Of a DNA stretch of 64,000 nt, positions 54,091-62,959 are shown piece after piece; within the stretch, counting starts at the first letter, position 1; each line of letters opens with the position of its first letter. This stretch comes from Thermoanaerobaculia bacterium. GTDB lineage: Bacteria; Acidobacteriota; Thermoanaerobaculia; Multivoradales; Multivoraceae. Where the stretch lies: NCBI GenBank assembly GCA_963666565.1, contig OY762911.1, forward strand, positions 288,001 to 352,000. Reading direction: 5' to 3'. The notes beneath the pieces were generated by a model, which was given only the letters and a program-made list of their open reading frames with translations, did no database searches and was not told where the DNA came from. The position numbers and the translations under genes are program-made.

Positions 54091-55416
54091 TCACGTGCGC
54101 GCGACCGGGCGGCCGCCCTTCGTTGGCAGGTCCCGTTCGCCGTCCCGGGCGGGAAGCCCGACCGTCACCCGCAGGCGATCCGGGTGGATGTGGCGCCGGG
54201 CGGCCTCGAAGACGCCCGCGGGGGTGAGCCGCACGATCCGTTCGAGCCGCCAGGAACGGCGGTGGCTGGGCAGGCCGTGGAGCAACGAGTCCACCAGCAG
54301 GGCGGCCTGGAGAGCGGCGGTCTCGGTGGCGAAGGGCTCGCGGCCGAACATGCCGGTCCTGCACTCCTCGACGACCGGCGCCGCGGGGGGTTCGCTCAAC
54401 ACGAGCCGGAGCGAGTCCCGGACGAGTTCGAGGCCGCGCTCGACGCGGTCGGGATGGGTGCCGAGGTAGACGGAGAGGGCGCCCGGATCGGTTCCGGCGC
54501 CGGCCAGCAGGTCGACGTGGGCGGCGTAGGCGAGTCCCTCCCGCTCGCGGACGCGGTTCGGGATCAGGCCGGCAAGACCGTCGGAACCGAGGAGGATGCC
54601 GAGGGCCCGGAGTTCGGGCAGGTCGGGGTGGGTGCGGTTCACCGTGAAGTGGCCGGCGTAGACGTGGGCCTGCTCGCGCGAGGCGGTGGCGACTTCGATG
54701 CGGCGTTCGGGGCGGCCGGGCGGCGGCGGGGGCGGCGCCGGGGACTCGTCCGCGGACGGAGTGCGGGTCGGAAGACCCGCGCACCCAGTCCCGAAGAGGC
54801 GTTCGAGCCGGGCCAGGACTTCGTGCTCGTCGATGGCGCCGGCGACCGCGACGACGCCGCCCCGCGCGAGGGCGTCCCGGTGGAACCGCCGGCAGTCCTC
54901 CGGCGACAGGCCGGCGAGCGACTCCGGCGTTCCCTGGCTCGGCGCCGCGAGCGGGTGCGGGTGGTAGAGCTGATCGCGGAAGGCCCAGCCGGTGACGACC
55001 TCCGGACGGTCCGCCAGGCTCAGCAGGTCGCCGAGGGTCTGGTCGCGGAGGAGCTCGAACCGGTCGTGCGGGAACGTCGGCGAGAGCAGCAGTTCGGCCA
55101 GCCAGTCGAGGGCGAGGCCGGCATCGGCAGCGAGGGCGTCGACGGACAGGCCGTGGACCTCGGCGGTCGCCGAGCCGTCGACGGAGACGCCGTGCGCCTC
55201 GGCCTGCTCGGCGATCTCGCGCCAGGCGCGCGACTTCGTGCCCTCGACCAGCATCCGGCCGGTGAGCAGCGAGATGCCCGGGGACGGCTCCGTACGGGCG
55301 CCGCCCCGCAACCAGGCGCGCGCGGCGACGACGTCGGCGGCGGGGACGCGCAGAGCGGCCAGGCGGAGGCGGCCGGACCAGAGGTCGAGACGGGAAGGCT
55401 CGCGGTCGGGCGGCAT
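54091..55416 (-). CDS. M16 peptidase family, non-catalytic subunit
   Basis: M16 fold without HXXEH; VREREGLAY motif. Confidence 0.85.
   Translation of the reverse strand: MPPDREPSRLDLWSGRLRLAALRVPAADVVAARAWLRGGARTEPSPGISLLTGRMLVEGTKSRAWREIAEQAEAHGVSVDGSATAEVHGLSVDALAADAGLALDWLAELLLSPTFPHDRFELLRDQTLGDLLSLADRPEVVTGWAFRDQLYHPHPLAAPSQGTPESLAGLSPEDCRRFHRDALARGGVVAVAGAIDEHEVLARLERLFGTGCAGLPTRTPSADESPAPPPPPPGRPERRIEVATASREQAHVYAGHFTVNRTHPDLPELRALGILLGSDGLAGLIPNRVREREGLAYAAHVDLLAGAGTDPGALSVYLGTHPDRVERGLELVRDSLRLVLSEPPAAPVVEECRTGMFGREPFATETAALQAALLVDSLLHGLPSHRRSWRLERIVRLTPAGVFEAARRHIHPDRLRVTVGLPARDGERDLPTKGGRPVART
54763..54788. repeat. Repeat arm in frame inside M16 non-catalytic subunit
   Basis: GCGGGTCGGAAGACCCGCGCACCCAG encodes TGCAGLPTR. 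Confidence 0.85.
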
Positions 55417-55419
55417 TCG

Positions 55420-56832
55420 TTACGGCGCGCCTTCGGGGAGAGACCAGCCGACGACGCGCGTTTCCGGGGCGAGCCAGGCGGCACAGGCGGCGGCGACGTC
55501 GGAGGCGGTTGCGGCCGCCAGGGACTCGAAGGAGTCGCGGCTGAATCCGGGTCGGAACAGGGCGTGTTCGAGGGCCGCCGTCACGGCGCGTTCGGCGATT
55601 CGCTCGTGCAGGAAGACCCAGTCGGCGAAGAGGATTCCCTTTGCGCGCTCAAGTTCTTCGGCCGCCGGCGGATGGCTCGCGAGCGCGTCGACCCGCGAGC
55701 AGAATTCCTGCTCCAGCCGCTCGGGCTCGACCCCGGCCGCGGCCTCCGCGGAGAGGGTCGCCATGCCGCCGAGCCGGTGTCCGGTCACGGCGGCCGAGGC
55801 CCAGAGCGCCAGCGGGTTCTCCTCGACGAGTTCGCGCTGGACGCGGCTGGAGCGTCCGCTGCCGAGGACGGCGAGCGCGAGACGGAGATGAACGTATGCC
55901 GGATCGTCCGGCGCGGGCGCCGGGTGCGCGACGAGCAGCCGCGGCGTCTCGCCGCGGCGCAACGCGACCCGGCGATACCGGGCGCCTTGGGCGCGCCGGG
56001 TGCGCGGGTCCTCCGACCCGCTGCCGCCAGAGGCGGCGTCCAACATCGTCGCCGGCCTTTGGCCGGCGGCCCCTTCGTTCGGGCTACGCCGCTCCGCGGC
56101 GCCGCCCGTGAGCGGGTCGGAAGACCCGCGCACCCAGGGCGGGTCGGAAGACCCGCGCGCCCGGCGCACCCGGCGGACAGCTCCGAGCGCCGCTTCGATC
56201 CGTTCCATCGCATCCGCCGGCACGCCCCCGGCACAGACCAGCACCGCCCGGCCGGGCCGGTAGTGCAGCCGGTGAAACGACCGGAGCGCCGCGGCGTCGA
56301 GCGAGCGCAGGCTCTCCCTCGTGCCGAGTACGGGCCGCGCGTAGGGATGGTCGCCGAAGACGCGCTCGGCGACGGCCTGCCCGAGGGCGTCCCACGGATC
56401 GTCCTCGACCATCCGGATCTCCTCCAGGATCACCTCCCGCTCGAGCTCCAGTTCCTCGGCCAGCAGGCTCAGGCCCCGCATCCGGTCGGCCTCGATCCGG
56501 AGCGCCTCCCGCCAGGATCCGCGCTCGAACTGGAAGTGGTACACGGTCGCGTCGTGCGAGGTGAAGGCGTTGTTCGTGCCGCCCAAACGCTGGGTCAGAC
56601 GGTCGATGGCGCCGGGCTCGTAGTCCGCGGAGCCCTTGAACATCATGTGCTCCAGGAAGTGGGCGAGGCCGGACTCGTCCGGCGCTTCGTCGCGGCTGCC
56701 GGCGCGATAGCAGAGGACGACGGCGACGGACCCGGCGTCCGCCTGAGGCAGCAGGACGACGCGCAGGCCGTTGCCGAGCGTCTCGGTCCGGCCGGCGACC
56801 CGGTCGAACGCGCGCAGATCGATGGCGGTCAT
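55420..56832 (-). CDS. M16 zinc peptidase catalytic subunit with large repeat-derived insertion
   Basis: LGNGL, GLAHFLEHMMFKGS, NAFTS, EREVILEE, HPY. Confidence 0.9.
   Translation of the reverse strand: MTAIDLRAFDRVAGRTETLGNGLRVVLLPQADAGSVAVVLCYRAGSRDEAPDESGLAHFLEHMMFKGSADYEPGAIDRLTQRLGGTNNAFTSHDATVYHFQFERGSWREALRIEADRMRGLSLLAEELELEREVILEEIRMVEDDPWDALGQAVAERVFGDHPYARPVLGTRESLRSLDAAALRSFHRLHYRPGRAVLVCAGGVPADAMERIEAALGAVRRVRRARGSSDPPWVRGSSDPLTGGAAERRSPNEGAAGQRPATMLDAASGGSGSEDPRTRRAQGARYRRVALRRGETPRLLVAHPAPAPDDPAYVHLRLALAVLGSGRSSRVQRELVEENPLALWASAAVTGHRLGGMATLSAEAAAGVEPERLEQEFCSRVDALASHPPAAEELERAKGILFADWVFLHERIAERAVTAALEHALFRPGFSRDSFESLAAATASDVAAACAAWLAPETRVVGWSLPEGAP
55996..56176. repeat. Full REPIN plus extra arm in frame inside M16 catalytic subunit
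   Basis: Internal sequence matches the 1421 copy (reverse strand); reading frame stays open. Confidence 0.9.
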
Positions 56833-57746
56833 GCCAGCGCGCAGTCGTGGACCGCGTCCACTTCGAAGCGCCCGCCCACGTTCGACCAGACCAGTTGTTC
56901 GACCCGGGCCGACCGGCTCTCCGGTCCGGCGTCCAGGACGATCCAGTTGCAACTGTTCCTGCCCTCTTCCGTTCCGCGCCCGCGCCTGGAGGTGGACGTG
57001 CCGCTGTGCACCAGCCAGAGCGGGCGCGGGCAGTTCGGCGCCAAGCCCACGGCGGCAACGTGGACGTGGCCCGACAGGACGAGGTCGACGCCGGCCTCCG
57101 CGAACGCGGCCAGGGCTTCGTCGCTCCGGCACGCGGTGCGCCAACCCATCAACTCCGGCAGGGCCGCCAGCGGGTGATGGGCGATCGCTATCCGTACGGG
57201 CGCCGACGGGTCGCCCGCCGCACTTTCGGCTGTGCCCCCGCCGGCGGCCGCAACCGCCTCGCGGCCTGCAACTCCGGCCGCCGCCGGGGCGGGCGCGCCG
57301 GCCTTCCGGTCCGCGTCGCGCGCGGCCCCGGCGCCGAACCGCGCGCCGACGCCCGCCAACTGCCCGCGGGTGAAGCGGCCGTTGTCGATCGTCAGGTTGA
57401 ACGCCGTGTTGAAGCCGGCGACTTCCATCTCCGCGTCGCGGAAGCCGGGCTCGAGGTCGCGGCTGAAGTGCCGGCGGTAGGCGCCGTAGCGGTCGAGCAG
57501 GCGCTCCCACACCCGGTACATCGGCACGTCGTGGTTGCCCGGAACGGCGAGGAAGGGAGCGCCGAGCCCTTCCAGAAACCGGCGCGCGTCCCGGAACTGG
57601 TCGGCCCTGGCCCGCTGGGTCAGGTCTCCCGACACGACGACGAGGTCCGGCCGCCGCTCCGCGACCAGCGCTTCGACGCCCACGGCCGCCGGCCGGTAGT
57701 GCGGCGGCCCGAAGTGGATGTCGGAGAGGTGAAGCAGACGGCGCAG
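56829..57746 (-). CDS. Calcineurin-like metallophosphoesterase (CpdA-like)
   Basis: HLSDIHFG, SGDLT, PGNHD, AHHP, SGHVH; CTG start inferred. Confidence 0.85.
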   Translation of the reverse strand: MRRLLHLSDIHFGPPHYRPAAVGVEALVAERRPDLVVVSGDLTQRARADQFRDARRFLEGLGAPFLAVPGNHDVPMYRVWERLLDRYGAYRRHFSRDLEPGFRDAEMEVAGFNTAFNLTIDNGRFTRGQLAGVGARFGAGAARDADRKAGAPAPAAAGVAGREAVAAAGGGTAESAAGDPSAPVRIAIAHHPLAALPELMGWRTACRSDEALAAFAEAGVDLVLSGHVHVAAVGLAPNCPRPLWLVHSGTSTSRRGRGTEEGRNSCNWIVLDAGPESRSARVEQLVWSNVGGRFEVDAVHDCALA

Positions 57747-57759
57747 CGGACCAGCGGCT

Positions 57760-57990
57760 CTAGCGGATGAGGAAGCCGCGCACGCTCTCGTCGACCCGCT
57801 CGCCGGCGAGGTCGCCCAGAATGCCGAGGATCTCCCGGCCCCTGGCCCGACCGATCAGGAAACCGACCGAGGCCGCGACCGCCACCGAGGCAAGCGGATA
57901 CGCCCGCACCAGGGCCACCCAGTCGAGACCCGGCGTCAGGCTGCCGACGATCCGGTCTTCGATGGCCTGCCGCTCAGGATCGGCGGTCAC
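57760..57990 (-). CDS. Small hypothetical membrane protein (YqjD/DUF883-like tail)
   Basis: VRAYPLASVAVAASVGFLIGR; overlaps upstream gene. Confidence 0.65.
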   Translation of the reverse strand: MTADPERQAIEDRIVGSLTPGLDWVALVRAYPLASVAVAASVGFLIGRARGREILGILGDLAGERVDESVRGFLIR

Positions 57991-58366
57991 GGCGCAGGAG
58001 GAATCCCAGGACGAAGCCCGCCGCGGCGGCGATCAGCACCGCCCGGCCCGGGTTGTCGCGGACGTACACGTTCACGTCGCCGACCAGTTGGTCCAGATCC
58101 TTGCGCGCGCGCTCGTAGCCGTGGCCGAGCTTCTCCCTGGCGACGCCGTAGCCCTCCTTGGCCGCTTCGCCGGCCCGGGACGACGCCTTCTTGACCCGTG
58201 CCGACAGGCGGGAGTCCCTCATCCGCTCGCGGGCCGCGTCGACGCCGTGGCTGACGGCCGAGCGGGCCTTCTCCACCCCTTCGGCGACCGCTTCGCGGGC
58301 CAGATCCATCGACGTCACGTTGCCGCCCCCGTCCTCGTCGCCGTCCTTCTTCCTGGCGTTGCTCAT
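57974..58366 (-). CDS. DUF883/ElaB/YqjD family membrane-anchored protein
   Basis: YVRDNPGRAVLIAAAAGFVLGFLLRR C-terminal anchor. Confidence 0.85.
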   Translation of the reverse strand: MSNARKKDGDEDGGGNVTSMDLAREAVAEGVEKARSAVSHGVDAARERMRDSRLSARVKKASSRAGEAAKEGYGVAREKLGHGYERARKDLDQLVGDVNVYVRDNPGRAVLIAAAAGFVLGFLLRRDRRS

Positions 58367-58426
58367 GTCTCGTCTTCTGGTTGTTCGTGAATGGTGCTTC
58401 TCGCCCGCCGATCATACACCCGACGC

Positions 58427-58435
58427 TGCTACAAT
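58427..58435 (+). promoter_or_regulatory. Extended -10 (TGcTACAAT) upstream of tRNA-Ala
   Basis: Near-consensus motif ~33 nt before the tRNA. Confidence 0.55.
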
Positions 58436-58468
58436 CCGCCGCCGCTGGAGGCGCGGCAGCGTTCTCGT

Positions 58469-58544
58469 GGGGCAGTAGCTCAGTTGGGAGAGCACCACGT
58501 TCGCAACGTGGGGGTCGAGGGTTCAAGTCCCTTCTGCTCCACCA
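58469..58544 (+). tRNA. tRNA-Ala(CGC)
   Basis: GGGGCAGTAGCTCAGTTGGGAGAGC...CCACG-TT-CGC-AA-CGTGG...GGTTCAAGTCC...CTCCACCA. Confidence 0.96.
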
Positions 58545-58549
58545 CTTCC

Positions 58550-59353
58550 TCAGAAGTTCGGATTCTCGCCTTCCGGGTCTTCCTGGGCGCGGCCGACCAT
58601 CGGCACGAAGCGGACGACGTCGACCTGGCGGCGTTCGAGTCCGTCGGGGGTCTTGCGGATGACCACCAGGTCCTGAAGAGCGCCGCCGACCGGCGCCACG
58701 AGGATGCCGTTCACCTTGAGCTGTTCGATCAGCGGCGGCGGCACTTCAGCCGGCGCGGCGGCAACCAGGATGCCGTCGAAGGGCGCCTCTTCCGGCCAAC
58801 CGCGGTAGCCGTCGCCGACCCGGATCTCGACGTTGCCGTACCCCAGGTCGGCCAGCACGTCCCGCGCCCGCTCGGCCAGGCCGTCGATGATCTCGATGGA
58901 ATGGACGCGCCGGGCCAGGCGCGCCAGCACCGCCGTCGTGTAGCCGGAACCGGTGCCGATCTCGAGCAGCTTCTCGTCGCCGTCGAGCTCCAGGAGGTCG
59001 GCCATCAACGCCACCACGTACGGCTGGGAGACCGTCTGGCCGGCGCCGATCTGCACCGGTTCGTCGCCGTAGGCGTCGTCTCGCAGGGAATCCGGCACGA
59101 ACTCGTGGCGGGGCACCGTCCGGAGCGCGTTCAGCAGCCTCGGTTCCTCGATCCCCCGGCCCCGGATCTGCTCCTCGACCATGGCCCGGCGCTGCGCGGC
59201 GAAGAGGTCGCCCTGGCCCGGCGGCTGGGCGGACGCGCCGGCCGCCGCGAACACGCAGACGGCGGCGGCGAGCGCAAGCGCGGTCCGAACCGGCCGCCCG
59301 GGGCGGCCGCCGGTCCGCGGCGCCTTCGACTTCGACTGCCGGACCCGTCGCAC
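58550..59353 (-). CDS. pcm: Protein-L-isoaspartate O-methyltransferase with N-terminal signal-like peptide
   Basis: VPRHEF, QTVSQP, LEIGTGSGY, GDGYRGWPEEAPFD, VRFVPM. Confidence 0.93.
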   Translation of the reverse strand: MRRVRQSKSKAPRTGGRPGRPVRTALALAAAVCVFAAAGASAQPPGQGDLFAAQRRAMVEEQIRGRGIEEPRLLNALRTVPRHEFVPDSLRDDAYGDEPVQIGAGQTVSQPYVVALMADLLELDGDEKLLEIGTGSGYTTAVLARLARRVHSIEIIDGLAERARDVLADLGYGNVEIRVGDGYRGWPEEAPFDGILVAAAPAEVPPPLIEQLKVNGILVAPVGGALQDLVVIRKTPDGLERRQVDVVRFVPMVGRAQEDPEGENPNF

Positions 59354-59476
59354 GGCCGCAATGATAGGCAAACGCCGTACCGGGTCGCTGGGTAATGGGA
59401 TGGTCCGCCCCGCCCTCTACGGCCTCTTGTAGGGCCAGAATGGGTTTTTCCCAACCAACAAGGGAGGAGACGGACC

Positions 59477-60535
59477 ATGAAGAAGGTTACTCGAGTCGGT
59501 ATCGATCTGGGCAAGCGCCTGTTCCAGGTGTGCGCGATGGACTCGTCGGGCGCGGTGGTGTTTCAGCGTCAGGTGAAGGCGTCGGGGCTGATGGAGTTGA
59601 TGGTGCAGCTCGAGCCGTGCCTGGTGGGCATGGAGGCGAGCTGCGGCGCGCACTACTGGGTGGAGAAGCTGAGCGCTCTGGGTCACGACGCGCGGATGAT
59701 GAGTCCTCAGTTCGTGCGGCCTTACGTGAAGTCGAACAAGAGCGACTACCACGACGCGGAGGCGATCTGCGAGGCGGTGTCCCGTCCGACGATGCGTTTC
59801 GTGCCGTACAAGACGAAGGAGCAGCGTGCTCTTCAGCAGGTTCATCGGAGCCGGGAGGCGGCGCTTCGCCGTCGCACGCAGTTGGTGAACCAGTTGCGGG
59901 GATTCCTGGGCGAGTACGGGATCGTGCTGCGTCAGGGCCGGGCGGTGGTCATGCGGGCGGTGCCCGACATCGCGAGCGACGCGGAGCGCGAGCTGCCGGG
60001 TCAGTTTCGCGCGCTGCTGTGGATGCAGTACGAGGCTCTGATGCAGGTCCACAAGGAGGTCGAGGACCTGACCGCGATGCTGGTGCGGGAGTCGAAGGAG
60101 AACCCTCACTGCCAGCGTCTGATGTCGATTCCGGGCATCGGTCCGATCGTGGCGACGGCGATCGTGGCGGCGGTGGGCAACGGCTGGGCTTTCAGCAGCG
60201 GTCGTCAGATGTCGGCCTGGATGGGCTTGGTGCCGCGTCAGGACTCGACCGGGGGTCGCACGGTGCTGCGCGGGATCAGCAAGCGCGGCGACCGTTACCT
60301 GCGCTCGCTCCTGATCCACGGTGCGCGGGCGGTCCTGCGCACGGCGGCGAAGGGCGAGCGAACGCGGCTGAAGGGCTGGGCGCTCGACGTCAAGCGGCGC
60401 CGGGGGCCGAACGTCGCCACGGTGGCACTGGCCAACAAGCTGGGCCGCATCGCCTGGGCGGTGCTTCGCCGCGGCGAGCTGTACCGCGACGACCGCCTCG
60501 CCGGGTCTCGGCAGAAGGTCTCTCGGGCCGCGTAG
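59477..60535 (+). CDS. IS110 family transposase/recombinase
   Basis: DEDD RuvC-like motifs (GIDLGK, MEAS, KSDYHDA), SIPGIGP, GLVPRQDSTGG, SKRGDRYLR; GGAGG RBS. Confidence 0.97.
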   Translation: MKKVTRVGIDLGKRLFQVCAMDSSGAVVFQRQVKASGLMELMVQLEPCLVGMEASCGAHYWVEKLSALGHDARMMSPQFVRPYVKSNKSDYHDAEAICEAVSRPTMRFVPYKTKEQRALQQVHRSREAALRRRTQLVNQLRGFLGEYGIVLRQGRAVVMRAVPDIASDAERELPGQFRALLWMQYEALMQVHKEVEDLTAMLVRESKENPHCQRLMSIPGIGPIVATAIVAAVGNGWAFSSGRQMSAWMGLVPRQDSTGGRTVLRGISKRGDRYLRSLLIHGARAVLRTAAKGERTRLKGWALDVKRRRGPNVATVALANKLGRIAWAVLRRGELYRDDRLAGSRQKVSRAA

Positions 60536-60539
60536 CAGG

Positions 60540-60800
60540 CGGCTCGATCCACATCGAATCAACCAAGGAGGATTGCCCCACCAAGTCGTTGCGAGGACAC
60601 AACGGAGCGATGGCGAAACAGGTCGGACCGGCGCGTCGAGAGCCTGAACCCGCGCAGGGCCATTCAACAGGCCGTCTGGGTGTACAGAAGAGACGACGCG
60701 CGCGTATTCCATCGGGGCCAGGGAGCTCGAAACCACGAGACGCCCAACAACAGGCCGAATACATGCAAGCAACGACACCTCTCTCGCCGGAACTCCGGAA
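60540..60800 (+). ncRNA. Putative bridge RNA / seekRNA in IS right non-coding end
   Basis: Stem-loop with ACCCGCGCA (60648-60656) and CTGGGTG (60676-60682) matching the two strands of the target; boundaries approximate. Confidence 0.75.
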
Positions 60801-60833
60801 AGTGCCCTTGCACAAGCGGGGCGGACCATACAT

Positions 60834-60914
60834 GCGCGGGTCGGGACGGCCTTCGGCCGGCGCGTTCCTGGCGGCCTTCGGCGGCAGCGGGTCAGAAGAC
60901 CCGCGCACCCGGCG
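60834..60914. repeat. Right part of the repeat element split by the IS (left part 59386-59393)
   Basis: GCGCGGGTC...GCGGGTCAGAAGACCCGCGCACCCGG. Confidence 0.85.
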
Positions 60915-62571
60915 GTTCGGCCACCCGGCGGATCAGGACGACCGTCTGGTCGTCGCCCTGCGGCAGACCGGCGCCGAAGCGGCTGACCTCGGCGTCGATG
61001 GCGTCCACGATCTCGGACAGCGGCCGCTCGCGGCGTTGGCGGAGGAAGTCCTCCAGCCGTTCCTGCCCGTACTCTTCGCCCTCCGGGGACTCGCACTCCG
61101 TGATCCCGTCGCTGTACAGGCAGAGCAGGTCGCCCGGCCCCATCTCCAGCGGCGCCACCCGGTAGCTGGCCTCGGGCAGCAGGCCGAGCGGCAGGCCGCT
61201 CGCCGGCAGCGGCGTCACTTCGCCGTTCGCACGCGCCAGGAGCCCCGGGTTGTGGCCCGCGTTGAGGTAGCGGACGGCCCGGTTCGCCGGATCGATCTCG
61301 GTCAGGATCAGGGTGATGAAGCGGTTGCTGGCGCTCGTCTCGACGATGTGCTTGTTCAGGCGATCGAAGAGTTCCGGCGAGAGCTCGGCGCCGACGCCTT
61401 CGCCGCCGAGCCGGCAGTCGTCGACGAGCAGCCGCAGCGCCGAGTCCAGGGTGGAGACGAGGAGCGCGGCCGGCATGCCCTTGCCGGTCACGTCGGCGAC
61501 CACCAGGCCGCGGCGGTCGCCGGCGAAGCGGAGCGAGCCGTAGTAGTCGCCGCCGACGTGGCGGGAGGGGCGGCTCCAGCCCACCGTCTCGAAGCAGCCG
61601 GCGCCGGGCATCTCGGCCGGCAGGATCCGGCGCTGGATCTCGGCCGCGAGCTCGACCTCCCGTTCCAGGCGCTCCTTCTCCAGCGCGTCCCGATGGAGCT
61701 TCGCGTTGGTCAGCGCGATGGCGGCCTGATTGGCGAACAGCGAGAGCGCCCGGCGGTCCGAGGCCGCGAAGGGGCCCACGCCCGTCCGGCTCTCCTTGTC
61801 GGCGACCACCAGCAGGCCGACGCTGCCGCTGCCCCCGTCGCCCTCGACGGGCACCGCGAGCGAGTGCTCCGCCGCGCGGATGACGCCCGCCGCCACCGCT
61901 TCCACGCCAGCCTCGTCGAAGCCGGAAGCCGGGTTGCCCGGCTCCCTGACCGGCGGCGCCTCGATCGTCTCGCGGGCGCCGCCGCCGATCGTGCCGGCCA
62001 GCGCCAGGCGCCCGTCCTCGTCGGCCAGGTAGAAGGCGCCGCGCCGGGCGTCCAGGAGGGAGACCGCCCGCAGCAGGATCTCCTCGGTCAGTTCCTCCAG
62101 GTTCAGGGTCGAGGCGATCGCCAGTCCCACGTCGTAGACCGCCTGCAGAGTGACGACGTTGTAGTTGTCCTGGAACTTGCGGTCCTTCAGCTCGTCCGCC
62201 AGTTCGCGCAACCGGAGACCGATGGCCAGCACGCCGGCGAGAGCGCGCTCCTCGGCCGCGTCGCCGGCGGCGCCGGCGGCTTCGTCGCCGCCGCCCGCGC
62301 AGTAGAGGACGAGGTCGTGCTCCAGGCGCCGCTCGCTCTTGCCGAGCACGCCCCAGGAGGCCACCGGGCCGCCGTCCCGCCGGTAGATCTGGGCGCCCTC
62401 CAGGCCGCGGGCCCGGCACCAGTGACCCACGAGCAGGGTCTGGGCCGCGCCCGTCTCCCAGTCCGCGACGTCGGCCGCCGCCGCGAGCCGCCAAAGCTCG
62501 GCGCCGATCCCGGCGCCGGTCGCCGCCGCCGACCCCGGCGCCCGCGCGGAACCGGCGGCCGGCGAGGTCAC
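60892..62571 (-). CDS. GAF + PP2C (SpoIIE/RsbU-like) phosphatase
   Basis: VGGDYY, VADVTGKG, NAGHNP, LYSDGITE, DDQT. Confidence 0.92.
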   Translation of the reverse strand: MTSPAAGSARAPGSAAATGAGIGAELWRLAAAADVADWETGAAQTLLVGHWCRARGLEGAQIYRRDGGPVASWGVLGKSERRLEHDLVLYCAGGGDEAAGAAGDAAEERALAGVLAIGLRLRELADELKDRKFQDNYNVVTLQAVYDVGLAIASTLNLEELTEEILLRAVSLLDARRGAFYLADEDGRLALAGTIGGGARETIEAPPVREPGNPASGFDEAGVEAVAAGVIRAAEHSLAVPVEGDGGSGSVGLLVVADKESRTGVGPFAASDRRALSLFANQAAIALTNAKLHRDALEKERLEREVELAAEIQRRILPAEMPGAGCFETVGWSRPSRHVGGDYYGSLRFAGDRRGLVVADVTGKGMPAALLVSTLDSALRLLVDDCRLGGEGVGAELSPELFDRLNKHIVETSASNRFITLILTEIDPANRAVRYLNAGHNPGLLARANGEVTPLPASGLPLGLLPEASYRVAPLEMGPGDLLCLYSDGITECESPEGEEYGQERLEDFLRQRRERPLSEIVDAIDAEVSRFGAGLPQGDDQTVVLIRRVAEPPGARVF

Positions 62572-62927
62572 GAAGCCCCGGCCTGGAGCTCGGCCGCCGC
62601 CGCCTGTTCGTCGGGGAAGATGCTGGCGTACTGCGCCAGGCCCATGATGTGGAAGGTCTTCTCGATCGTCGGCGTCAGGTTGCAGAACGACAGCCGGCCC
62701 TCCACCTCGATCATCTTCTCGATGATCTCGATCAGGATGGAGATGCCGATCGAGTTGACGATCTTCGTGCTGGCGAGGTTCAGCAGCAGCGTCCTGAAGC
62801 CCTCGTCCAGCAGGCCGTAGGCCGCCTCCGCGATCTCCTCGCCGCCCTGGTTGTTGATGTAACCGTCCGTGTAGATCACCGCCAGACCGTCGCGGCGCTC
62901 CACCTTCAACTTCAGACCTTCGGACAT
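62568..62927 (-). CDS. STAS-domain anti-sigma factor antagonist (RsbV-like)
   Basis: IVNSIGIS phospho-Ser motif; operon context. Confidence 0.88.
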   Translation of the reverse strand: MSEGLKLKVERRDGLAVIYTDGYINNQGGEEIAEAAYGLLDEGFRTLLLNLASTKIVNSIGISILIEIIEKMIEVEGRLSFCNLTPTIEKTFHIMGLAQYASIFPDEQAAAAELQAGAS

Positions 62928-62959
62928 CGAACCAACCGTCTTCCTCGCTCAGCCGAGCG

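Larger units (their letters stand above)
59394..60833 (+). mobile_element. IS110-family (IS1111 subgroup) insertion sequence inserted in a repeat arm
   Basis: 14-bp subterminal IRs ATGGTCCGCCCCGC (59400-59413) / GCGGGGCGGACCAT (60816-60829); no TSD; removal restores CGCTGGGT-GCGCGGGTC. Confidence 0.93.
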
